A stretch of 32,000 nucleotides of DNA, taken from NCBI GenBank assembly GCA_000166095.1, contig CP002278.1, positions 510,001-542,000 on the forward strand. Reading direction: 5' to 3'. This document shows positions 1 to 11,200 of this stretch, piece by piece. The first letter of the stretch is position 1; each line of letters begins with the position of its first letter. The position numbers and the translations under genes are program-made. The DNA is from Methanothermus fervidus DSM 2088 (GTDB lineage Archaea; Methanobacteriota; Methanobacteria; DSM-2088; Methanothermaceae). Under the pieces are notes generated by a model. That model was not told the origin of the DNA, did no database searches, and saw only the letters and a list, made by a program, of their open reading frames with translations.

Positions 1-686
1 AAGTTTAATTCTCTTATTTTTTGTATTATTTCTACTACTTGCTTAATTAAAGAATTTGGAGCTTCGGGAACATGAGATTTTACAATTTCCATTTCTCTTT
101 CTGGTGAAGGATAATCAATATATAAATAAAGGCAACGATCTTTTGTTTCATCAAGTAAATTTCTTTGAGAATTTGACGTTAAAAATACCATTAAATCATT
201 TTTTAATTCAAAGGTTCCTAAATCATTAATAGTTATTTGTTTTTCACCAAGAGCTTGTAATAAAAAACTTTCAACTTCTTCATCAGCCTTATCTATTTCA
301 TCTATTAAAACTACAGACGGTTTTTTGTTTAGAAATGCCAATAACAATGGTCTTTTAATAAAAAATTCATCACTAAATACATCCTCTTCTGTTCCATAAA
401 TTCTTGCCTTTTCTAAATGAAGTAGCTGTTTTTGATAATTCCATTCCCCAACAATTTGTTCAAAGGTAATACCGTCATAGCATTGAATCCTGAAAAAATC
501 TCTATTAAGGGCTTGTGCAAATTTTTTTGCTAATTCTGTTTTACCTGTTCCTGGAGGACCTTCAATTAAAATAGGTTTATTTAATTCCATAGCCAAAAAT
601 AATGTTATTAGTATGTCTTCACTTGGTACATATCCTTCTTTTCTCAGCAACTTATTTAATTTTTCTAAAGATACTTTGTTTGACAT
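1..686 (-). CDS. MoxR-family AAA+ ATPase (3' end beyond window)
   Basis: Reverse-strand frame open to the window edge, starting ATG at 686: [60 protein letters not shown]...; Walker A GPPGTGKT and Walker B-like [11 protein letters not shown]. Absent from the ORF track because it is edge-truncated. Confidence 0.88.
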   Translation of the reverse strand, partial: MSNKVSLEKLNKLLRKEGYVPSEDILITLFLAMELNKPILIEGPPGTGKTELAKKFAQALNRDFFRIQCYDGITFEQIVGEWNYQKQLLHLEKARIYGTEEDVFSDEFFIKRPLLLAFLNKKPSVVLIDEIDKADEEVESFLLQALGEKQITINDLGTFELKNDLMVFLTSNSQRNLLDETKDRCLYLYIDYPSPEREMEIVKSHVPEAPNSLIKQVVEIIQKIRELN

Positions 687-721
687 TTTATTTGCCTCAC
701 ATCATACAACATTACTTCAAT

Positions 722-1888
722 TTATTTTTTTGCTAATATATCATCCAATACCTCAACAACTTTATCTATTTCTTCTTTTTTAATGATTAATGGCGGTACC
801 AGCCTTATTACGTTTTCAGCTGTACAATTTAACAATACACCTTTCTTCAATGCATCTAAAACTATAGAATCACATTTCTTTGAAAGTTCTACCCCAATCA
901 TCAATCCATGCCCTCTAACATCTTCTATTATTTCATGTTCTAATTTTTTTAATTTTTCTTTAAAGTATTTACCTAATTTTTTGGATCTTTTTGGTAGGTT
1001 TTCTTCTATTATTATTTCAATAGAAGTCTTAGCTGCTGCACAAGCTAAAGGATTTCCTCCAAATGTTGATCCATGGTCTCCTGGTTTAAATGCAGATGCA
1101 ACATCTTCCCTAGCTAATATAGCACCTATAGGAAATCCCCCTCCCATCGCCTTAGCTAAAGTAACTATATCAGCCTCAACACCAAACAATTCTGAAGCAA
1201 ACATTTCACCTGTACGTCCAAATCCAGTCTGAATTTCATCCAATATTAGTAATATGTCATTGTCTTCCGTTAATTCTCGTACTTGTTTTAAATAATCTTT
1301 TGGAGGTACTACAACCCCGCCTTCTCCCTGTATAGGTTCTAGTATGACTGCAGCTGTATCACTAGTTATTGCTTCAGCCATTGCATCTATATCACCAAAT
1401 GGAACATGCTTAAATCCTGGAGTAAGTGGTTCAAATTCTTTTTTATATTTTTTTTGTCCGGTAGCTGATAAAGCTCCCAATGTTCGTCCATGAAATGAAT
1501 TTTTAGCAGCTATTATTTCTTTTTTTCCTGTATATTTTCTTGCAAGTTTTATTGCACCCTCATTGGCTTCTGTGCCACTGTTGGCAAAAAATACTTTATC
1601 TAATGAAGATATTTTAGTTAATAATTCTGCTAGTTCAACCTGTTCTCTTGTGTAGTAGAAGTTAGAGCAATGAATCAATTTTTGAGCTTGGTGGCATATT
1701 GTCAAAACTAGTTTGGGATGTGCATGACCGATGTTGTTTACAGCAATCCCGGCAAAACAATCTATATATTCATTTCCATCAATATCCCATACCTTACATC
1801 CTTTTCCATGTGATAAAACGATAGGATATCTAGAGTATGTATTCATAATATATTTTCTTTCTAATTCCATGATTTCGCTTGCTTTCAT
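722..1888 (-). CDS. Class-III PLP aminotransferase (acetylornithine / 4-aminobutyrate aminotransferase-like)
   Basis: [42 protein letters not shown]-like motif ([13 protein letters not shown]). The start is more likely ATG 1888 (MKASEIM) preceded by GGTGAG than the track's 1900. Confidence 0.9.
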   Translation of the reverse strand: MKASEIMELERKYIMNTYSRYPIVLSHGKGCKVWDIDGNEYIDCFAGIAVNNIGHAHPKLVLTICHQAQKLIHCSNFYYTREQVELAELLTKISSLDKVFFANSGTEANEGAIKLARKYTGKKEIIAAKNSFHGRTLGALSATGQKKYKKEFEPLTPGFKHVPFGDIDAMAEAITSDTAAVILEPIQGEGGVVVPPKDYLKQVRELTEDNDILLILDEIQTGFGRTGEMFASELFGVEADIVTLAKAMGGGFPIGAILAREDVASAFKPGDHGSTFGGNPLACAAAKTSIEIIIEENLPKRSKKLGKYFKEKLKKLEHEIIEDVRGHGLMIGVELSKKCDSIVLDALKKGVLLNCTAENVIRLVPPLIIKKEEIDKVVEVLDDILAKK

Positions 1889-1960
1889 TGACTCACCCAT
1901 TAATTTTATACATCTTTATACATTTCAATGTCAAAAATAAATACTTAGGGGAAAGGTATC

Positions 1961-3340
1961 ATGTTTTATACAAAGACATTCACAATAAAAACTGAAATAA
2001 GTCCTGCACATTATCCCAAATTTCTTGATTTCTTATACAAATATTATCTTTATCCCAACCCTAAGATCAATGTATTGGAATTTATGGATAATTTTTTGTT
2101 ATTTAAATTTGATGATATTTATTGTAAGATTGTATGTGGAGAGGAAATAAATATTGAATTGTATTCTGAACATTTTGATGAAGAAAAAATAACAGAAATA
2201 GAAGAAGATTTGTTTATAGTAGTGAGATATTTTGAAGATAGCCTTAAGAAATATACTCTTTGTTTTTCTTGGGTTGAAGGCCAAGAAATAATACCAGAAA
2301 AACCTCCAACACGAAAAGAAGAATCTAAAGGTATTTTTGGAAATATTATATTGATATACATTTTGTTTTTTGGGATTAACATAGTTTTGTTTTTGCTTTT
2401 AGGATTTTATGCAGTTATTTTTATAATACTTCTCCAGTTCTTAATATTATTGTTTTCAGGATATTTGTATCGATGGATTGGAGATTGGATAATAACACCA
2501 AAAAATCCATATGTCCATATTTTAAAATATCAATTATCGGAGGATGAATACAAAGAATTTGAAAAAAAATTTGGTAAAGAAGCCATTGTAGATATAAAGA
2601 AAGAAATTTATAACAAAACATTGGGTGCTGGAAAGCCTTTAAAACCTGAAATTGGTGAAAAGATCCTCAAAAAATATGGATTTCGTTGTACTCCTCTTTA
2701 TGAAACATCGAAAACTATAAATGTTTACGAAATTGTTAAAAAAGCTGCAGAAAAATTTAAAATACCTATTCCAAAAATAGTAGTGTCAAATACAATGGTT
2801 GCAAATGCAGCTGCAACTGGACCTAACACTAAACATGGTTTAATCATAATAACTACAGGTCTCTTAGCACAATTAGAGCATGACGAAATATTGAGTGTAA
2901 TTGGTCATGAATTAGGACACCTTGTTGGTAAAGATCCCTTAGTATTGTTAGTGATAGTCTCAACAGAGTTTGTTTTAAGATTAACAGTGCTACTGCCTAT
3001 TGTTATGATATCTCCTCTACTCTACATATTCATAGCAATGGCAATGATATTTTTCATTGCAAAATTCTTTGAAGCAAAAGCAGATTTATTGTCGGCGATA
3101 TATATAGGTAAGCCCAAATCTCTAGCACAAGCCCTTAGAAAAATAGGATATCAAAGATTAGCTCTTGAACGTGAGCCTCATAACAAAATTTTTGATTGGT
3201 TGAAATGGGATCCTCATCCTCCTCTCTATTTTAGAATAAAGAGATTAGAAAGTTTAAAAAACCCTAAGAAAATAAAAAATCCGTTAATAAAATCCATAAA
3301 AGATGTAATCAAAGGGTTTAAAGAATCATTTACAATGTAA
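1961..3340 (+). CDS. M48-family (HtpX-like) membrane metalloprotease with an N-terminal extension
   Basis: Zn-protease motif VIGHELGHLVGKD, downstream EAKADLLSA, several hydrophobic segments. Confidence 0.85.
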   Translation: MFYTKTFTIKTEISPAHYPKFLDFLYKYYLYPNPKINVLEFMDNFLLFKFDDIYCKIVCGEEINIELYSEHFDEEKITEIEEDLFIVVRYFEDSLKKYTLCFSWVEGQEIIPEKPPTRKEESKGIFGNIILIYILFFGINIVLFLLLGFYAVIFIILLQFLILLFSGYLYRWIGDWIITPKNPYVHILKYQLSEDEYKEFEKKFGKEAIVDIKKEIYNKTLGAGKPLKPEIGEKILKKYGFRCTPLYETSKTINVYEIVKKAAEKFKIPIPKIVVSNTMVANAAATGPNTKHGLIIITTGLLAQLEHDEILSVIGHELGHLVGKDPLVLLVIVSTEFVLRLTVLLPIVMISPLLYIFIAMAMIFFIAKFFEAKADLLSAIYIGKPKSLAQALRKIGYQRLALEREPHNKIFDWLKWDPHPPLYFRIKRLESLKNPKKIKNPLIKSIKDVIKGFKESFTM

Positions 3341-3349
3341 GGGATTTAT

Positions 3350-5260
3350 ATGGATGGTTTTTACCCCACTAATCTTAAAAATGCTGTAATTTATGCTGCA
3401 TTAATCTTAATATTGCTTTTTGTATATGGTATTTTTGGATCTATTTATATTATGCATTTAGGAGTTATTGATGCAATCTATTATACAATAACAACTGTCA
3501 CTACAACTGGATTTGGTGATATTAGGCCAATTACTCCATCACAAAAACTTTTTACAGCCTCACTAGAATTAATAGGAGCTGGATTCTTACTTTATATTTT
3601 CACTTTAATGCTTTCGGTGATGTTTATGAGTTTTAGTGAATATGTTACAGGAGCTAAATTAAAAAGGAAAATAGCCTCAATGAAAAATCATTTTATTCTT
3701 TGTGGGTTTGGAAGAGTAGGATCAACAGCATTTAAAGAACTTAAAAAAAGAAAACAAAAAGTAGTAATAATTGAAAAAAATAAAGATTTGGTGGAAACAG
3801 AGTTATGGTCAGATCCTAACATAATTGCTATACCAGGGGACGCCACAAAAGAAAATGTATTAAGATATGCTGGGATCGAACGTGCAAAATGTATAATAAT
3901 AGCAACAGGTAGCGATGTTGACAATCTTTTTATAACAATTGAAGCTAAAGAATTGAACCCAAAAATATGGATTGTAGCTAGAGCAAGTGAAAGAGAAAAT
4001 ATAAGTAGATTAAAAAAGGCTGGAGCAAATAGAATAATATCACCAGAATTCAGTGGAGGAAAAGACATTTATTTTGCAGCGATGGAACCTTTAATGATGA
4101 AAATAACTGTTAAACATGGCATGGAAAGTATAAAACGAGAGGCAGAAATAATATTTAAACATAATTGTACACTAGAAAACATTATGTATCATTTACCAGA
4201 ATTTAGAGAACCTTTGAAAAGGAAAATAGAGGTTAGCGATCTTGATCACATAGAAAAGTTTTTATTTCAAGTTAAAAAAAATCCCCGCCTTAGAGAATCA
4301 CTAAACAAAATGTATGAATCCACAAGTGGTGTACATTCACATTGGATTTCAGGTCCAAGCAAAGAAAACTTAGAAAAGGTAGTTGAGGATTTGAAAAAAG
4401 AAGGGATTTTATTAGGAGTTAATTTGGACGATGAAAAAATTAAAGAAATTACGAGAAAATATGGAATGTTGGCTGAAGTAATGGTAAAACCAGAAATCAC
4501 AGTAGTAAATAAACATGGAATCGATGAAATAAGAGATGAGGCAGAGATAATACTAAAACATGGTTGTACAATTGAAGATATTGAATATTATATTCCTGGT
4601 TTTAGAGAACCTTTAAAGAGACATGTAGGCGCTGATTCTATAGAAGATATAGACAAATTTTTAAACACGTTAAAAAAAGATCCAAAAAAATATGATGCTA
4701 TAGATAGACTCTACATGCTATCTGGAGGCGGTATACATAGTCATGTAATATCTGCTAGAAGTCTAGAATCTTTAAACAAAGTTGAAAAAGAATTAAAAGA
4801 AAAAGGGTTTCTTATTGGCGTAAATATGAGTTTAGGTGAAATAAAAGAAATGATTCAAAAATCTGGCACTGTGGTAGATATCTTAGTGCAACATGATGTC
4901 AAAAATTTAGAAGATAAAAAAACTGTTGTCAAATATGGTGGTAGAATTTTAACATCTAAACACTATCTCCCAGGAATAAGATATGTACTGACTCGAAAAT
5001 TAAATTTAAAAACAATGGAAGATGTTAAAAAATGTGAGAAAGAATTAGAAAAACCAAGGGCAAGGCGTACTTTAACAGCATTGTATGAACTTTCTGCCAA
5101 TATCCATTCTCACACCATTGTTACACCTAGTGCAGAAATAACAAAAAAAATTGAAGAAGAATTAAAAGAAAAGGGAATATTGTTAGGCGTTAATTTTCCT
5201 GAAGAAAAAATATGGGAAATGGTGGAAAAGGAAGCTGTTGAACCTTTCTGCGTTGATTAA
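3350..5260 (+). CDS. Two-TM potassium channel with an RCK/TrkA-N domain and a repeat-containing C-terminal region
   Basis: Pore TTVTTTGFGDIRP; Rossmann motif FILCGFGRVGSTAFKEL; C-terminal ~380 aa contains three divergent repeats. Confidence 0.88.
   Translation: MDGFYPTNLKNAVIYAALILILLFVYGIFGSIYIMHLGVIDAIYYTITTVTTTGFGDIRPITPSQKLFTASLELIGAGFLLYIFTLMLSVMFMSFSEYVTGAKLKRKIASMKNHFILCGFGRVGSTAFKELKKRKQKVVIIEKNKDLVETELWSDPNIIAIPGDATKENVLRYAGIERAKCIIIATGSDVDNLFITIEAKELNPKIWIVARASERENISRLKKAGANRIISPEFSGGKDIYFAAMEPLMMKITVKHGMESIKREAEIIFKHNCTLENIMYHLPEFREPLKRKIEVSDLDHIEKFLFQVKKNPRLRESLNKMYESTSGVHSHWISGPSKENLEKVVEDLKKEGILLGVNLDDEKIKEITRKYGMLAEVMVKPEITVVNKHGIDEIRDEAEIILKHGCTIEDIEYYIPGFREPLKRHVGADSIEDIDKFLNTLKKDPKKYDAIDRLYMLSGGGIHSHVISARSLESLNKVEKELKEKGFLIGVNMSLGEIKEMIQKSGTVVDILVQHDVKNLEDKKTVVKYGGRILTSKHYLPGIRYVLTRKLNLKTMEDVKKCEKELEKPRARRTLTALYELSANIHSHTIVTPSAEITKKIEEELKEKGILLGVNFPEEKIWEMVEKEAVEPFCVD
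4105..5235 (+). repeat. Three divergent protein-level repeats (~130 aa each) in the channel C-terminus
   Basis: Unit landmarks: EAEIIFKHNCTLENIMYHLPEFREPLKR...VHSHWIS...EGILLGVNL; EAEIILKHGCTIEDIEYYIPGFREPLKR...IHSHVIS...KGFLIGVNM; shortened KYGGRILTSKHYLPGIRYVLTR...IHSHTIV...KGILLGVNF. Confidence 0.85.
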
Positions 5261-5264
5261 TTTT

Positions 5265-6158
5265 CTAGAATAAATCATGTAGATGTAGCTTATATTTGCC
5301 TAATTTACCTCCATAATTACCAGCGCTGATTTTTTTGACCCCTGGTACCTTACATGCAGCCTCAATTCCTACTTTCATAGCTTTTTTAACAGATTCCTCA
5401 TCAATACCATCAATAACTATTTCATAGATACCATTAACATCTTCAGGAACTTCACTATCTTCAATTTCATCTTTAAGTGTTACACACATTTTTTCGTTTG
5501 TGGAGGCATCTAAGAAATCATATTTTTTAGATCCAACTTTTGATCCAGAAGCTACTATTCCACCTGGAAATGGTGTCATAACGCCTTCAACGGATTTTAT
5601 AGCATCAACAGCCATTTCAGCAGCTAATAATGCTGAGCCCTGGGTTTCTGCCATTATAAAGAAGTTCCCTCCTGCTACTCCACTTTTTATTCCAAATTTC
5701 TCTTCAACAATGAATTCACCAGACATTATTGGAATTATATGTACCTTTCTACCTTGGACTTCCCCTTCTTTTTCATAACCATCTCCGAAAAATTTCAATT
5801 TGAATCCTGTATTTACTTTTTCTTCAGCATTTTCTAATGCATCAAATGCTGCTGCGGTAGGTGCTGTCAATATTGTCATTCCTACTCTCTCTAATAATTC
5901 ATGATCTAATTTCTTTTTTGATGGATTACAAATTATAATTGTAAATCCTGGTCTTTGGTCTGGGGTATTTTTAGGAGGTATATATGTATCTATACCTGCT
6001 TCTGCAGGACATCCAATAACTGATGTACCATATCCTGTAGCTTCTCTAGCAGCTATTTTTGCTAATCGTTTACTAGCAGCTGTTACTAATATTCTAGAAA
6101 CTTTTATATCAAATGCTTCAGCAAAAGTGTCTTCAATTTCCACACCATTTACTTTCAT
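5265..6158 (-). CDS. ftr: Formylmethanofuran--tetrahydromethanopterin N-formyltransferase
   Basis: [75 protein letters not shown]; characteristic Ftr sequence. GGAGGG just upstream of ATG. Confidence 0.95.
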   Translation of the reverse strand: MKVNGVEIEDTFAEAFDIKVSRILVTAASKRLAKIAAREATGYGTSVIGCPAEAGIDTYIPPKNTPDQRPGFTIIICNPSKKKLDHELLERVGMTILTAPTAAAFDALENAEEKVNTGFKLKFFGDGYEKEGEVQGRKVHIIPIMSGEFIVEEKFGIKSGVAGGNFFIMAETQGSALLAAEMAVDAIKSVEGVMTPFPGGIVASGSKVGSKKYDFLDASTNEKMCVTLKDEIEDSEVPEDVNGIYEIVIDGIDEESVKKAMKVGIEAACKVPGVKKISAGNYGGKLGKYKLHLHDLF

Positions 6159-6193
6159 TTTACATCCCTCCTGCCAATTTTTCTTACATTTAC

Positions 6194-7213
6194 TTATTTA
6201 AATACTTTTCCAACCATGTCTGATCCAAAATATGGCAATGTTGCTACTCCTAAAAAAATCGTGAGCCAAAAAGATATTAAACGCTCAACTATCGTTATGG
6301 CAGCACTTAATGGCAATGGTACTCCAGCCATAGAATAAAATAATATCATGAGACCCTCTATTGCTCCTAAGCCACCAGGGAAAATTGGTACCATGCTAAC
6401 TAAAGTTGCCACTATCATAACTTCTGCAATTATTATTGGTGAAATATATACACCAAATGCCCAAAATACTGCCCAAATTCTTATAATTTCCAAAAACCAA
6501 ATTACAAAGGACAAGGGGAGAGCAACATATATAACATTTTTATTTTTTATCATGAGTCTAACAGCATCCTGATATTTGACAATTGCATCACTTATTCTAC
6601 TTTCCAGCTTACTCAACTTCTTACTTTTATGTTTGTAAAATATACGTGCTATGCGCATGATACCTCTCTTAACTTTTTTACCTAATTCTGGTTTCACTGA
6701 AACATATAAAATGATGAAAAATGAAAATACTACAGCGAACAACGTTATTAATAAACCTATCACAAGCCATAAAGAAAATCTAAAAACTAAAATCATGTGA
6801 AATAGTGAAATTATTGAAAGTAAAATTAGTGGGAAAGTATCTAATCCCTTATCTATTAAAACTGTTGCAAAAGATGACTCAAAGGGTGTTTTTGAATATT
6901 TAGACAATAAATATGCTCTTAATGCCTCTCCACCACTTTTTGCTGGAGTAATATTATTTGTAGCTAATCCAAGAACAAGAATTCTGAAAAGAGGTTGATT
7001 TTTGGTTTTAATTTTTGCTGCAACAACTGCTATTCTCCACCTAACCATCCATAAATAAAGAGTAAGCATGTGAACAGCAACAGCCAAAGACAAATAGAGA
7101 GGATCTGCCTTCCTAATATCATTTACGATTTTTTCTGGCCCAATAAAAATTAACATTAATCCTAGAAGACTGATACTTATTATTATAAGTATTATTGATT
7201 TTTTATGTTTCAT
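6194..7213 (-). CDS. Lysylphosphatidylglycerol synthase/AglD-like flippase-domain integral membrane protein (UPF0104 type)
   Basis: Many hydrophobic segments; [20 protein letters not shown] and [21 protein letters not shown] are typical of this family. Confidence 0.8.
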
Positions 7214-7214
7214 A

Positions 7215-7703
7215 TTACTCTAACTCAATTATTTTGGGCTTTAAAGTGTCTGGATCCAAAATTGCAATAGTTTTCTTCCCTGAAACATAGCCACATGTTT
7301 CACCAGGATTTATTAATAAAGTATTGTTCACCTCATCAATTTTAGCTTCATGTGTATGTCCTCTTACAACAACATCAAATTCTCCTGATTTTAAAATACA
7401 TTTTACAATCCTTTCATCGGTACCATGAAGTAATGCTATTTTTAATCCTTCAAAATTTATGATTTTAAAATCACTTAGATCACATAATTTATTAAATGCT
7501 TTTCTTAATCCATCCTTTTCTCCATCATTGTTACCAAATACAGCCTCAAATCTCATTTTAAGTTTTTCAAACCTTGGCGCTGTAAATGGCGATATTAAAT
7601 CTCCAGCATGTAATACAATGTCCACATTTTGTCTATTGAAAAATTCAACAGCCTTATCTATTGCATCTAAATTATCATGAGAATCTGCCATGATGCCTAT
7701 CAT
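7215..7703 (-). CDS. YfcE/MJ0936-type metallophosphoesterase
   Basis: [56 protein letters not shown]. Confidence 0.93.
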
Positions 7704-7721
7704 GTCCTTTCCTCCCCGAAT

Positions 7722-8010
7722 TGAGCTACCCCCTACGGAGCTTCCTACTTCATAGAGAAAACTTGCCCAGAGACTATATCTTTATATGAAATAGTCTTGA
7801 GTAGAGGTTTTCTCTCAGGCAGGCTATCAGGGCTACCCCATCCCCTTAACAATATTCTACATGCTGATATATAATATCTTTTAACTTATTCTTATAGCTT
7901 AATCCTTTCGATGTTCCTCTTGGATTTACTTTCTTAACTATCTTACTAGCTCTTTCAGCCTTGTAATTGTATGGGAAGTCATCTCGTATGAAAAAAGTAG
8001 TATGAAATAT
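7722..8010 (-). pseudogene. Decayed TnpB remnant (IS200/IS605-type), C-terminal fragment
   Basis: Reverse strand: FHTTFFIRDDFPYNYKAERASKIVKKVNPRGTSKGLSYKNK... then, in a different frame, [54 protein letters not shown] and a C-terminal MKQEAP-like tail are TnpB hallmarks; zinc-finger region disrupted, N-terminus absent. Confidence 0.65.
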
Positions 8011-8241
8011 ATATAGTTTTTTTCTAGGTATTATTGCATTGGAGAGAGAAAGAGTAAAAGAAGAGTTTGTATATTTTTAGAACAAGTGTTAGTTTTATAT
8101 TTCATTTATATAATACTTTTCTTATTTCTCAATCCCTGATGGGGTGGAAATCTGTTTTTTTAATTGCTATTTTCTTTTCATTTTTTAACAAAAATTCTGT
8201 TTATAAAAAAGAACAAAAAAAGAAATTAAAAAATAAGAAAA

Positions 8242-11200
8242 TCATTTCTCCGGCCTTCTCAATAGATATCCTGCTGCTATTAATGCAATCAATATTATAA
8301 CACCAATTATTCCTGCGAATGGAATTCCTGGCTTTCCAATTCCTTTAGACACTGGTGTAATCTCATATGCTTTTCCTGCTCCTTTACCTGCTGCAGCACC
8401 TGTAATTCCTGCTTTACCTGCTGCTCCAGCAGCTTGAGCTGCTCCTCTTGCACCAACTTCACCACCAACTCTACCTGAAGGACCTGAAATTCCTGGTGAA
8501 ACTCCCCTTGTTGCTGCAGTTCCAATTCCTACTCTTCCTAATGCAGTTGGAGCTCCTAGTTGTGATGGTGCTCCTGGAATTGAAGGTTGTGGTGTAGTTG
8601 TTGGAATTCCAGGGACTGAAGGTTGTGGTGTTGTTGGAGCTCCTGGGATTGAAGGAGCAAATGCAGCATTTTTTGTTGCTATATATAGCTGAGATCTTAC
8701 TGAATTTAATAGATTTGGATTTACATAGTTTAATGCCCATCTTATCATAGCTATATTTCCACAACTGCAATCACAGCATGCTGGTCCATATCTGGCTATT
8801 AGAGCTGCCCATCTATTTGCAATTAATCTAAGAGTTTCTGTAGATGGATGCCAGAAGCCTTTGTGGGCTGCTGTAAGTAATGTACCTATGATGCTTATCA
8901 TTGCATATGCTCTATTTCCAGTTGATAGCCATTGTGATACTCCAATGTTGTATTTGTCTTTCACATATACATCTACAATTTCATTCCACATCCAATCTTG
9001 GACTAGGTGAGGTGTTGTTACTTGCCATCCCCATAAGTATGCAACAAATTTATTACTTATGTATCTTGCACCACTGTAACCTTCCTTCATCATTCCTTTA
9101 ATCCATTCTGGATTAAGATATCTTGTTCTCATTTCTCTTAGCATAAATTGTTGTAGTGACATTATTTGTGGAACTGCTGGATTTGCATAATAAAGTACAT
9201 TAAGCTGAGGTGCTTTTCCACCATTTACTTTTTCTATTGCCATACTTAGTCCGCCGAAGTAATCATAGTAATCATCATTGTCAAGAACTCCATAAAGATT
9301 TGTTGACCTACTATGATATGCAACACTGACTCCCTTGAGTAATTCTTCAAATAAATCTTGCCTTGATAATCCCCAGACAGTGTTTGAATATGCATGTGAC
9401 ATTCTACGTAAGTATATATCAGCTAACTCACTTCTGTTTTGCCATGTCCATGCTTGTTCAACAGCATGGGTAATTCCAGCTCCATAGTCACCTACAGGTG
9501 GTGCAAATATTCTTGTTATTGCTGTGTCACCGTCAAATCCTTTTTTAACGAGTTCTACCCAATGTTTTGCAACATAATTTAGCTCTAATGGTTCTTTAAG
9601 GTCATATTTATTTAGAAGGTCTGTTAAATTCTTTGCTTGGTAGAATTGTCCTATTATTAATGGTTCCAATGCTTTATTTAATTCATCTTTTAATTCAGGA
9701 TATTTTTCTGTTATAGTTGAATATGAAGCTGCTAATGCTATTCTAAATGCTAAATCCATTTTTGCTAAAAGGTTGGGGAATAGATCTCTGAACAATCCAC
9801 TTGTAGTTGTGATTACGTCCACTCTTGGTCTCACTGTCACATTTGAAAGCCCCATTGATCGTCTAACTTTGTTTAAATCTTCAAGAAGTTTATTGAGTGG
9901 TGTTGGAACTAAATATCGTAAAGGTCCTCCACCAAGCCATGTTTTATCATTAGGTTTTGGTTCTACACCCAACATCCTTAATACAAATGATGCCATTGCC
10001 CCATCATCTCTTGCTGTTTCTACACACCAAACAACTGCTGCTATTTTTTCCGGTATTTTTTCCATTTGTGCTAATGCCATATCTGCTAGTCTTTTACCAA
10101 GATCCCAGGCGACTGGTGTTGGTAATGTATTATCATCTTGAGCATAGAAGTTTCTTCCTGTTGGTAATGAATATGGTGCTCTTACTGGATCCCCACCTCT
10201 TGCGGGTTCTATGTAGCCACCATTTAATGCATCTATAAGTGAATCCATTTCTTTACTAGGACTTATTTTTAATAATGAAGCATAAGTCATTGCAAGTGTT
10301 AATTTATTTTTCATGGCTTCTCTTAGTTTAACATCTGTTATGTTGATTGTCAATTCTTCTGGAGTTTTGCCTTTGAGCAGTTCTTTTATTAATGAAATTG
10401 TTTCATTATTTAATAATTCTGCTTGTGTCAATGTTAATTTCTTCCAATTAAAGCCATGTAAATCAGAAAGTAAATGTTGTATTGACGGATCTGATTCGCT
10501 ATCTGGTGACAACATTGAAGAAACTAGCAATGCAATTTCGTCATCTGTCCAATTTTCTCCAAAACTATGTAATCCATAAGGCATTAAAGTTGATTGTAAG
10601 TTTATTAGATAATCATGGACCTTATCAATGTCTTCATCGGTGATATTCTCAGGATTTAAACCTAAATCTGTTGCAAGATTTAATTCTTTAATTTTTTGTC
10701 TTATTGCTTTAGCGTATTCATCTTTTAGTGGATTCCCTTCAGGTACTTTTTCATATAAATCAACAAGCCCTGCCAATTCTTTTAATCCACTGTAAAGTTT
10801 AGTCGTTATCATTGGCGGTGTTAAATGATCTACTATCACTGAAAGTCCTCTTCTTTTGGCTTGCATGCCTTCTCCTACACCATCTACAATGTAAATATAA
10901 ATGCTAGGAGTTTCACCAATACATATGTCTGGATAATCAAAGCTCGCTAATGCATATTGTTTTCTTGGTGTCCACTCATAGGTAGCATGTCTTCCAACAT
11001 GAATCTGGGCATTTGCTTTAAACACGTAGTTAACCCATGCATACCATGCTAAATAACTGTGTGGTGGCGGAACAACTGTTGAGTGATAAAGTTTTGATAT
11101 GTCTTGATCCCAACCTCTCAATGGTTCCGGACCAATGAATATGTTTCCAAATAATATTCCTGGAATTATGAAGTATTTTGTGCCATTTTTTGTTACCACA

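Noticed and set aside
783-1232. 149-aa plus-strand ORF antisense to the aminotransferase
   Set aside because: Shadow ORF; the opposite strand has clear class-III aminotransferase motifs.
1731-1940. 69-aa plus-strand ORF overlapping the aminotransferase start region
   Set aside because: Mostly antisense to coding sequence, with no family motif.
8307-10579. Plus-strand ORFs at 8471-8770, 8901-9101, 9773-10141, 9957-10238, 10313-10579 and the minus 8307-8525 ORF
   Set aside because: They lie inside the long CobN-like coding frame, have biased shadow-ORF composition (Ser/Leu/Ile or Gln/Leu/Glu runs complementary to real codons) and no convincing RBS.
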